A DNA stretch of 64,000 nt from Camelus ferus. Taxonomy: Eukaryota. Made by a program: the position numbers and the translations under genes. The notes below the pieces were generated by a model. The model did no database searches. It saw nothing but the letters and a program-made list of their open reading frames with translations, and had not been told where the DNA came from. Below are positions 37,128 through 48,099 of this stretch, one piece after another (position 1 is the stretch's first letter; each line of letters opens with the position of its first letter). The stretch covers positions 4,156,001 to 4,220,000 of the forward strand of contig NC_045696.1 in assembly GCF_009834535.1 (NCBI RefSeq), given 5' to 3'.

Positions 37128-38829
37128 TTTGGAACATTTGGATGTAATTTTTATATGCAATGAAACTTTTCAGTTTTATTTATTTACTGCGATGACACTT
37201 AAGACCTTGGCCTGTGGAATCTCATTCTGTGGACTGAGATCTTCCTTTCTCTGCACCTGGAATCTGTCCTCTCTGTGTCCCCTGCCTTCCACTCCAGGAT
37301 TTAAAGAAACAATTTTAGGAACAATGTGTACTTGATAGGGCTGTTCTGAGGATGAAATGTAACACATCTAATATGCCAGAATTTGCTATTCAATAAATGT
37401 TAGCTTTTTTCCTTATATTTGTTACAAATATTTTCCCCAATATTTTCTCTTGTAGCATTTTAATCTTAGCATATATCCTATTTAATTTTTAAAAGTAATT
37501 TTCCTTCCAGTCTTTAACCTTAAAAAGACGGTAGCTGAATGGTTGAGCTCATGGGTCTGGTAATCAGACAAGCTGGTTTTTCCATTCTGGACTCTGCCAG
37601 GGCAGCGAGGGCCTGGGGACTTTTTGGCCCCTCACTGACTCAGTTCACTCCACTGTGCCATAGCCAAGGACCTGGCCACCAGCTGGAGATACGTGTTTGA
37701 GAATTGCTTCCAAGATTTACTACACATCCAGCCAATATATTTTGCAGATTCTATTTTGGAGAAGAAGGGAGAAGTGGACATCTTTAGTTGCTGGATGTAA
37801 TTTAATTACAGACACACTCGATTAAAAGTTGCCTGTGAAAGCCACAAGGAATGAAAAAAAAAAAAAAAGCACGTTAAGTCCTTCCATAAAGTTTGACAAC
37901 AGCCCCACTTAGCGGCAAACACGCGGAATCACATCCGCAACGCGACGCACAGCAGGTGGATGGAGAAACTGATCAACCTGGAGTTCCGCGTAAGTGAGAA
38001 CTGCAATCAAACGGTCTCCTTCGTTGTTAGAAATTAAATCTCCTATTCTGTTCCTCCAGTAACTATTGCTTCGCTTCCAAGTGGTTAGACCTTCCTCTTT
38101 TTTTCCCCCTTGTCCAGGTACTGTCAGAAAGCGTCTAGTCACTGAAAGTGTCCTTTTCCGGGGCTGGTGCAGCAGCTTACTCCTGGCTCGTGGATGAAGG
38201 GCATCTCCACTGAGCATTTCTGCTTTCTGTGAGTTGGCGCACACCCCTCCCTGAGAAGGACCCACTCACCTGGACCCTTAGGCTTCTGGAAGGTATGACT
38301 TAGCACCGCACCTGGGAGAGAGTGTGGGGCAGAGAGAGCTTTGGTCCTGGCGGTGGACAGAGCGGGGTCCACTCCAGGGACAGCCGTTTCCTGACTCTGT
38401 TCTCCGAGGCACCTGACTTGGAGCCGCTTTCTCACCTGCAGAATTCAGAGAACACACCATCCTTGCTGGGTGGTTGTGGGAGTGGGTCGGCTTGGACATT
38501 CTCAGTCTGGACATTTTCAGCCCCCAGCCCACCCCTAGCCGCTTACCTGTGCTTTCTGAGTGCCTTTCCTACGGGTTTCTCTCCCCTCCTCCCCGGGATG
38601 GTTCTCACTTTCTCAGGTAGTTTATTCTCCCTTTTCCAGCATATTTTATACCTTAATGATTGGACTTGGACTCTCCCTTCATTCAACTTTATCTCTGATA
38701 CTTTCCAGGAACCCACATTAAAGCAGTGGAGGTAAGCAGATGATGACACGTCGCCGACTGTAATTCCAGAAGTGTGACTTGAAATAAGTGTTAAAAAATA
38801 AATCCAAACCCAACACGTTGGAAGTATTA

Positions 38830-38835
38830 TTTATT
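38830..38835 (-). terminator. Candidate distal poly(A) signal AATAAA of BACE2
   Basis: Plus-strand tttatt. On the minus strand it has TGTA motifs ~40-65 nt upstream and is followed by gtgttgggtttggatttatttttt (GU/U-rich DSE). Confidence 0.65.
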
Positions 38836-41800
38836 CAAAGAAATCAAACTCTTTTATCTCCTTTTCAATGGTATACATCCCAAATTAGTGGAATATACAG
38901 GTATAAAAATAAGACTATTGTAGAAAATTCCACTTTTGAGGTACGTAACAGTTTGGATACTGGTCAGCAGCTCAGATGGCATCTTCTAAAGTGGAATGAA
39001 AACCTCTGTACTCCAGCTCTTGGTCCTATTACAACTTCAATTTAAATTAACACGATATACTAAAAAATAGAGGAAAATTCCAAAGCATTTTCAGAAATAC
39101 AAGTTACACTTAAGAATTGTGTGTTAAGAATGTAAGTCCGAGATACACACATAAAAGACATTTTCCAAAGCACTACTTTTAGCTTTTTTTTTTTTTAAGA
39201 GTACAAGGTTTGCAGCTTTTCAGCCAGTACAATTAACACTGCCAGTGCAGAAATTACTCTTTTTGAGAAAAAAATGAGTGGCTTCTTTAAGTGACTGAAC
39301 AAAGGGATTTTAAACTTTAAGTATATTTAAGTGTGTGAATCAACACAAATAGCAGGAAATACAACATTCTAGATGACAAAAAGTCGTCTTTCATCAGCAC
39401 ATGGTAAATCTCATCCATTCTTTTCCCTCTCATTGTAACAATTCCAACCCTAAACAGAATTTGCAGCCTCACTGATGAGAATGTATAACGTTACATCCGC
39501 AATCAGTAAAATGAGAAAAAAACAATTCCAAGTCTGTTACCACCAGCAGCAAAGAACACAAAATAGTACAAGAGACTGGAGTCATGGAAGTTTATTTTTG
39601 GTGACTTTCATTACAAATCAATAGATCCTTCATTAGCTTTGCTTATTTTTCTGTTTCTCACAAAGACAATTTTTTGGGAATGTGAGGCTCATGGGAAATT
39701 TTATTTCAACAGGTGAAATGACACAAGCTGAAAACTTACACCCGGGAGCTTTCAACTCCACCCACATGTAGCGTGTGACAGAGGAAAAGACAAGCCCTTT
39801 TGGAGACATTTGCCTTCTCATGCTCTCCTGACCCATGCCTGCATCCTGAGTAAAAATACAAATATGACAACCGAAGTGCGGAAATCCCATGGGAAAACCT
39901 CAATGTCAGATTGGGCCAGGTTGCAAAGACTTCCAAGATTTCGTCTCCTTTTTGTGGTATCAGTTGTATGACAGCTGTACTCGACTTACTCAAAATCATA
40001 TTTTATAAATCTATAGTTTGTAATTACATCATTTATAATGATAAATCTCCATTGGCAAAATACTCGACTCAGACTGATATGAGTGGGTACCTCTGTGTGC
40101 TGTGCACAGTTGAGACTTCACCCAGTTGATCTGACACAAATAACTCTCCAGCTGCGGAGAGAGCCGCCCACTTCTCACCCCTGCTCCCAGGGCACAGGCA
40201 CTCTCCGACCACCAGGGATCTAGAGGCGAGACAGACATTTCACCCTGACACCCTTTCCGGGATCCTGAGATGCTAACTGGACATGTCAGGAATCACCGGC
40301 TCATCAGCGACGCCCCAACAAGCACCCGAAGGCTTCATGGGGCATGTGAAGGCCCTGGAGCATCAAAGATCAGGCGCCCAGAGTCGCTCGTGCTGTGTCT
40401 GTACGTGGGTCTATCAGGAGCCTTCATGTGCCTCGTGCCAGCCTTCAGGCACCCGGTGCCCTGCAAGAGCACGTGCGCTGTGCAGACACACAGCACGACG
40501 CGGTTTAGGAACACTGGGCATCTGTGTGCCTCCTCTGGCTCTGAGAGCCCAGAGAGCAGAGGGACTGGGAGGAAGCACTGTGCTGACTGGGTGATGTCGT
40601 GTCCTTGAGACATTCGTGCTTATTAACTCCAGAATCTGCTGCGCGCAGAGGTTTTGCAGACACACTGCAGCACCAGGACGCCTGGCTGTGCGCCCACGTC
40701 CACATTCCACAAGGCTGCTGACTCGGGGCATCGGGCTGCCTCCACCCGCCCCGGGAAAGGCACTCTCACCAACCCAGGGCGCAAGGCCAAGGCAGGGGCT
40801 TTGCGTTCATGGCTTCACGGATTCTAATTAGGACCGGTGTGCACTTGGGGATGGCGAGGACCACGAGGACACTGTGCACAGGTGCTCAGAGGGGATAGTG
40901 GTGCCCCGCGGGAGCCTCCCGCTGTTCCTGAAACTCTTCTTTCTGGAAGCGCCCCTGACAAAAGGCGTCCCGGAGGAGTGCAGTCAGGAAGCTGCTGGAC
41001 TCTAGGTCGGTGGGCTGGCCAGCAGGCCGGGTGGGAACGGCTGTCTGAGCTCCCTGGAGGCCGCGGTCAGGAGCACTTCCCTGATGCTCAGATCCCAGGC
41101 TTGGTCAGCTCCTGACCCTGCCCTATGAACTTCCCAGGTCACAACCTTGAACCCGCAGTCTGAGAACAGTGTCCTGCTTGGGAGCTCAGGTATCTCTAGT
41201 TTTGTTAGAACAACAGAAGTGACAGCTGCAAAGAACGTTTCTCTTAGACAAATTATAACTCCTGAGAGGTTCCTTTGGAAAATTCCTCACGAGGCGGCCG
41301 TGCCAAAAACTTGGGGAAACGAGTTTCCAACGTCCTGGGATGTCCTCAGTTTGCCCAGACCTCAGCAGTCATCTGCTGACCAAGGGATATGGCTTCTGAC
41401 CCCATCTCCCTTCCCAGGTTCTCGAATTTTCCAAGTCCCAACCATCGCCTGCTCTTCCTTGAATGAACCAGTCTTCCTCTGGCAACGTAAGGGTAAGGGG
41501 CCACCTTTTCTCACTTTGTCCACGACCGGGTCATCTGGCACACGACGCCAGCTTGAATGTTCTTGAAGTTTGGCATCTGAAGCAGTGTCAAAATAAATCA
41601 CATCTCCAACGGATCCAGCAACGTCCAGGGTGAAAGAAATGTGAGGATTCCTGACATTGAAGCTCCTTTTCCAAAAGAGCTAATCCTGCTGATTTTGTTA
41701 AGCACACTTTTGACTATATTTTTATTTTCCCTCCCCACTCTCAAAACATATTCTTCCACCTCACTATTTAACTGGTTGACGGCCATAAGTTCAAATCTGA

Positions 41801-44473
41801 AATTCTTAAAACCCACTAGAAATGTGCACAGTAACTTCTGTTGTGTGCCAGTTTCTTGGCACCAGACATCTAGTCTCTCTCTTGGCAAAACCCATAATTT
41901 TACATTTTATGATGTTTAGTTGTTTTCCCTAAAAAAGAAAAAAAAAATTGTAGTGGCAAGTTTTTCCTCAGAACAGTTCTGTAATCAATTCTAATAAGTT
42001 TGTGCAAGAGAAAAACTCCCTGGGATTCCACCCAATTATTTGGTTTCTACTAATAAGGATAAAGTCTGGGGAACTTGATTATTATTGTTCATGGAACAGG
42101 CTGCTGGGCAGTGATTTATTTCAATGATATGCAGTGGCACATGGCCAGAACTTGGAACTGAACATGCTCGGCAGCCCCACCAGTGCAGGAGTGGGGGGAC
42201 CTGGTTAGAGGCACTTAACACGTTTCCATTTGAGAGGAGAATCTATTAAATAAAGAAATAATCCTTCCTCTCCTCTTAAAGGAGATAATAGAACCCTCGA
42301 ATCAAAACTGCTTTGCAAAATCTATTACCCAAAGCTCTGAGGAGTTAATGCCGCATGGCTGTGAGTTACTTTCATCGTTTTCAACCATAACTGACCCCAA
42401 ATTTACTTCCATCCCAAACCGCTGCATTTCACAATGAATCAGATTTAAAAAAAAAATCCTTTCCAAAAGTTTGGGAGTCAGCTGTGTTCAGGGAAACGTT
42501 CCCTGCCGTCACATACAAGGAATCTGTTCTTTAAAGCCAAGTACTTGTTTTTGGTTATAAGGAAGACGAAACAGTATATGGTAGATGCCAGGTGATCTGA
42601 CACCAATGACTTGTGGTGCTTTTAAATTCCAGAGGAATAAACAGAATCAATCCCCATCGCGTTTCTTGCTACGCTTCATAAACAGTTTTGGTTCCTGAAG
42701 AAAGGATTTCATTTCGGGCTTCTGAATAACTTATCAAGAATATAAAGCATCAGCCTATTTTAAAAAACGATGGTTCACGTAGAAGCATCCATTCCCATCA
42801 GAGAGCTGACAAGGTTCTGACAACAGCCTAATGCAAAGTTGCATCTTTCAGGAGAGGACCATCCTCAACACCTTCCACAGTGCAGGGTAAAATCAACACC
42901 CCCCAAAGGACTGCTGCCTCCTTTCCTGCTCAAAGCAAGCCTCCTTGAAGCTAGGCCAAGCTAAGTATCAATTCACATAAGTGGAGGAGGTGGGTGTCAC
43001 GAACAGGGCTTTGACTCAAAGTCCAATTTTCAGCAGCAAAGCACGCCAGGAGAATGTCCCGCAGTCAATTGTCTGTTTCATTCTTGTTGCTAAGTTATGC
43101 TTTTGTAATTTAAGTCTTTCCATTAAAATGTCACATCCAATGACACTGGAGATGAAAAGGTAGAGAAATCTGATACGAAATACAGAGCATCAGCACAAAC
43201 TCCATTCAAATACCCAAGCTTGAAAGCAACCCTGCTGTTCTCAGATACTCTGGGCACACTGCCGGCTTAGTGTGCTGTAACAGGAACGCTCCCCGGCTCG
43301 GACACTGCATCCGAGACGATGAAACAGGAAGACGCCCACCTGAAGAAATGAGCAGCAAAACTAACCGGGTCATATCCTGCAATTCCCTCCTTTTATTTCG
43401 GGGGTTTGGATTTTTTTCAGAGCAACAGGAAGGCACTGTCTAGGGGTGTTGCCTTCACTGTTAGGTCAAGTGGCCCACAAAATGGGAGCCCAAGAGAAAC
43501 CAAGACGGCGAGGAGAAAACTGGACTTCCAGAGGTTTCTAACTCTGAAATGTATTTTGGAATTTTTACCTCACAAATGGCAGAGACCAGAAGTGATGATG
43601 AGGTTCTGATAACAGAATGTCCTGCTCTCATCCAATTTCAAGAGGGCGTCCCCGCCATGGCCACGCCTGAACTGCATCTTGAACACACCAGATTCGTGTT
43701 CTAAGATGCAACGCAAACCTTCTCCACAAGAATCCTACAGATTCTTGTGGCTGCTGGAGAGTCTGTGAGGACACCACGACACACATCCATGGCTCCACAA
43801 CTCTTGGGCACAGTCATGCATTTCTCAATACGGAGGTGACCTGGGGGGACAGTGAGCAGGGCAGGTGGCTAGAATGTCCATATGGAACCTGCTTTGAACA
43901 CAGATAACACTCCAGCCAGAGGAGACACCTCCTAGTTAGCCCTTCCAGTGGGACTGGATGATACATCCAGCCCATTCCAACAGCAATGCAAAGGGAACAC
44001 AGCGAGAAATGGGATACTGGCTTTAAACCCTTCTTCTAATGACATCAAGTTAAAGGCTTCTGCTTTTCTTGGCCAAAGGCCTCAAATAAATGACGGCAAG
44101 GGGGGAGTTCCCCAGATAAGGACACCATTGCACACCCAACTTGTCCCAAAGACTGAACAAGCCAAAAGGAAGCAGCAGGCAGGTCAGCTGCTTGACAGGC
44201 TTGGTTAGGCTGTTTCAGACGGGTGTGCCTGAGCCTGGGCGGGGGTTCAGGAAATGCAGCACATGGTTTCAAAGCACAAGGACAAGCAGAAGCTCCCCCA
44301 CATCCTCTGCATGTCGCGTGCCTCCCGTCCTCTGAGAGCTGGTCGGAAGAACAGGCATTCAGGCCTGTCTCTATTTCCCGAAAGAGTAATAAGCAACCTG
44401 CCTTCAGAGAAGACTTGGAAAAAGGAACGAGCTAAGTGAAATAGAATTTGGTTTTTTCTCCTTAAAAACAGTG

Positions 44474-44479
44474 TTTATT
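44474..44479 (-). terminator. Candidate intermediate poly(A) signal AATAAA (~0.94 kb after stop)
   Basis: Plus-strand gtgtttattc gives minus-strand AATAAA. Confidence 0.5.
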
Positions 44480-45201
44480 CATTTTAAGTGAAGAGTAAGC
44501 ACATGTGATGATAACCACCTTGCTGACAGAGCTTCTCCAGGCCGAGGTGTGGTTCTGCACCGGGGACGTCTCGCCTGCTGGAACGAGGCTGCTGTTCAGC
44601 GAGGGCAACGGCTGGAACCAGGCTGCCTGTGCCCCCGCCCAGGCACAGGACCCCGGGCAGAGGCTCAACAGAGGTAGTTTTTGCTTTCATACCCACAATA
44701 CTATGGAAGTACTGAGTACAAAGGAGAAGGTTTTCTCCCCACTCAAAGGCTTTCCATCTTCAGAAGAGGCTGGTGAAGACGTGAGTGATTCTCTCTTCCT
44801 AGTGGACTCCAGCTCCTGTTCAGAGCGCAGACACACCCAGAAAGGGAGCCTGCCACTCTTTTTCTGACTCAGAAGGGGACAGGATGGTTAGATCATCCAG
44901 CCCCAGCCTTCTCCTGCCATCTTACTGGGAGCCTTCTTGTACCGTCCTGACCCAGGTTGAGGCCTGGCACAAAACACCCTTAAATGCAATTAATACAAAA
45001 AGCTTCCCATTAGTTAAGAGGAGTTATAAACTATATGCACTTGTTTTTTCCCCAGAGGTGGGAAGGAGAAGAGAACTAGCCAAGGCTTGTGGGGTTTTTG
45101 TTTGGTTGGGTTTTTGGTGGCACACCTAGATAGTTTGGCATAACCAGCTACAGAAAGCCTGAAGCTCAATTCACTCTGTTTTGATTAAGAATGAGGTGTC
45201 T

Positions 45202-45207
45202 TTTATT
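45202..45207 (-). terminator. Candidate proximal poly(A) signal AATAAA (~0.2 kb after stop)
   Basis: Plus-strand ttttattg gives minus-strand AATAAA. Confidence 0.4.
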
Positions 45208-45414
45208 GTCATTTTCCTTGGAAGTAAGGGAGAAAAGAGGAAACTTTAAAATCAAGGATCAAAATACAGTGAACCTGGAAGGCATCTGGGAGCAGAAGAG
45301 ATTTAAGACTAATGGACACAGGAAGAAACCCTGCCTTATAACCCCTGCCTGCTGCGCCTGAATTTAATTGTCTCCATAGTTGAGTTCAAGGTCGGGTGGG
45401 TTCAGCCCTGCTCT

Positions 45415-45668
45415 TCATTTCCAGCGATGCCGGACCAGAGAGGACTCGTCGTTGACAACCTCGGGGTCGCGGGGGAGATGCCGACACCGCAGCGGAAGTA
45501 GCAGCAGGACGATTAAGGTAAGAAGGATGACTCCACACACGCTCATCAGAGCATAGGAGACAATCCACAGAACAGGCTCATTCAAAGGCAGGGCGGGGAC
45601 GCAGTTGCTGGCTGTGTCGTCTGTTGAGAAAGGCCCAGAAATTTCAGACACCGGAGCACCTGCGATTT
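45415..45668 (-). CDS. BACE2: Beta-secretase 2, last coding exon (linker, transmembrane helix, cytoplasmic tail, TGA)
   Basis: Acceptor ctgtctcctcAG, then (E)IAGAPVSEISGPFSTDDTASNCVPALPLNEPVLWIVSYALMSVCGVILLTLIVLLLLPLRCRHLPRDPEVVNDESSLVRHRWK*, the characteristic BACE2 C-terminus. Stop codon at 45415-45417. Confidence 0.98.
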
Positions 45669-45983
45669 CTGAGGAGACAGAAGCGGGAGAAATCCACAGC
45701 TATGAAATCAGCAGTCCGCCTCCACCCCACGACAAAAGAGAGAGCCCTTGGCTTTATCAGACCACAGTCAAGTCACATTGGTACCCGGGCTCCAAAGGCC
45801 TTGGCACCTGAGCTCGCACCGAGGGAGGTCTCGGGGGCTGTGTGTCTCCAGAGGGTCCGTCCCCTCTGTACGGACTGACAGCCTGCTTCAGGGTCTGCAA
45901 GCGCTGAACCCACGTGGCGAAGAGCAACGTGCAGAGGGGCACGTACGCAAGCATCAGGCGCTTGGTGGGGGCTGGCAAGGCCA

Positions 45984-46216
45984 GAGCGCCGCGCTGGGTG
46001 GGGCGCCGCACTGGGGGGGGAGCACCGTGCTGGGGGGGGAGGAGCGCCGTGCTGGGGGGAGCACTGCGCTGGGGGGGCACTGCGCTGGGGGGGGAGCACC
46101 GTGCTGGGGGGGTGCCACGCTGGGTCGGGGGGAGCACTGTGCTGGGGGGGGGAGCGCCGTGCTGGGGGCGGCGCCGCGCTGGGGGGGCGAGCGCCGTGCT
46201 GGGGGTAGCGCCGCGG
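45984..46216. repeat. G-rich, CpG-rich minisatellite, ~12 units of (agcRccgYgct + G5-9)
   Basis: Directly visible tandem array in the BACE2 last intron. Confidence 0.95.
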
Positions 46217-47169
46217 TCAGTGCCCGGCAGGGAACTGTGTTGCTGGTGCTTCTTCAGCGGAGATGAGCAAAGAAAAGTAAGGAGAAGAGCAGGAGAGTCT
46301 GGAGCAGAAAACTCAGCCGCACTTGCCTGAAGCCTGGGGCTTTCCCCGGGCGGAGTCAACCTGAGCGCATGTCCCGTGGTGGCTTCCACGTTACGCAACA
46401 CCCTCACAACAGCCTCACCCACACTCCCCCTAGGTTCCAGGACCAGAGGGGTCGGCCTGGCTCCGGGGACCCTTCCCCGCCCCACACTTGTCCTCTGTCA
46501 CGTCTGCAGTGTACGGAGCACCCAGAAACAAGAGTGGTAAGTTGGTGCGATACTATGACATAACTGGTAACCAAAAAACATGGCTGCCATCACCTGGTAA
46601 CTTTTGCAAACAGACTCTAGAAAAACTCTCTTCCTGGGGAAGGAAGCTGAAATGATTTCTTAAAGCAGGTTTGGGGATTACTAGCATTTCATTTGTCTAC
46701 ACTAGACTTAACTGCTCCTTTCAGAAGTATAGAATTTGTTTGGCATCCCAAGTTTTACTTGGAAAAAGAAAAAAGTCTCATGACCCATTTACTCATATTT
46801 AATTGCAGAAATGAATATATTTAGGTGCCAGAAAATAACATTGCTAAGCATTTAATTTTCCTGTAACTAAAGCCTCAAGATCCTAAGCCCTGCCAAGTAA
46901 GATCCTTTTTTACTGAGGAAAGAAAAAGTGGAAAAAAAAAAAAAAAAGGAATAGCAGCCTTGAAAATAAGCTTTAAAACGAGGGAAAAGACAAAGTTGAT
47001 TGCTTTGCAAAGAGGCTACATTTTCTTGCTACAAATGTGGATTTGGTTGATGTGGATGCATGGCTTTTTCTAAAAGTGCTGGAAGAGAAAAGCAGGGACC
47101 AGAGTCTGCAAATACCTACGAACAGAGGGATGCTGGCTGTCAGTTAATCTAGACACCCAAGTGCCTACG

Positions 47170-47392
47170 GCCAGTCAGCAAATGACAGCCCACGGGCCAG
47201 ATCTGGTCTGCCAGCTCCTTTGAAAATCAGGTTTTCTTGGAACACAGCCACTTTCATTCATTTACATATTTCCTGCGCTTACTTTTGTGCTGTAACAGCA
47301 GAGTGGGGCGGCTGTGACAGAGACCATCTGTCTCGCAAGCCTAAAATATTTACTACCTGGCTCTCCATGGAAGAAGTTTGCCAATACTTAGC
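47170..47392. mobile_element. MER58A-like hAT MITE
   Basis: cagcaaat...gggccagatctgg...ggaacacagcca...cattcatttaca...aagcctaaaatatttacta.ctggc...aagtttgcc. Confidence 0.85.
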
Positions 47393-47946
47393 CTATAGCA
47401 TTTAACAAACATTTTAAATAACAAAAAATAACCCCACTCTTCTTATCACAAAGGTAATGCATACTTATGGTAGAAAATTTGAAAATACACATAAGGAAAT
47501 AAAAACCCACTCATAAATTCACCCAACTCAGAAACAGTCAATAATCACATTTCAGACATAATCATTTTCTAGGTATCAATTTTTTAAACAAAGATGGAAT
47601 CACGTAGTAATGCTGTTTTGTACCATGGCTTTCACTTTATATGTGATAAAAATAGCTCATATCATTTGATTTTCAACCATGCCACTTCTTTGACTACACA
47701 AAAACCGTACTATAGATGTATCAAGTTTGTTTACCAGCTTTGCTTGTGACCATTTACGTGGCTTTCAATATTTCCACCATTATAAACACTGACCTATGAA
47801 ACATCTTGTATTTAAATCTTTGCCCATATTCTTATTTTTTTCTGAATGAGTTAATAAAGTAAAACCATGGGTCAAAGTACGGTCACTTTTAAGCATCTGG
47901 ATGTATGCGGACAAATTGCCCATAAGAAAGGCTGAGCCAGTATGTG

Positions 47947-48085
47947 TGTAACAGGAAAGAACAGATCTGGCTCCGTGTGAGATCTGTCCCTCTGGCTCTA
48001 ACCCTGTGCCCTGCTTTCCAGGCTTTCTTGCTGGCTCTGCACCTTGTGTGAAAGAGTGTTGCCTTTAGCCTGAAATACACAGACA
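47947..48085 (+). mobile_element. ERV1 LTR 5' fragment
   Basis: Starts tgtaacaggaaagaacagatctggctcc...gatctgtcc, a typical LTR U3 start; truncated by the adjacent L1. Confidence 0.5.
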
Positions 48086-48099
48086 AACCATTAAAAAAA

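Larger units (their letters stand above)
38810..45414 (-). other. BACE2: BACE2 3' UTR (long isoform extent inferred)
   Basis: Follows the stop codon; conspicuously poor in recognisable transposons over ~6.6 kb; ends at a canonical AATAAA with a GU/U-rich downstream element. Extent is inferred, not shown by transcript data. Confidence 0.6.

Noticed and set aside
1..38000. MX2/MX1 or PLAC4 exons expected near BACE2
   Set aside because: No dynamin-like GTPase motifs or other recognisable coding exons in any frame; these genes would lie outside the window.
45748..46485. 172-242 aa ORFs over the G-rich VNTR
   Set aside because: Low-complexity translations of the tandem repeat within a BACE2 intron.
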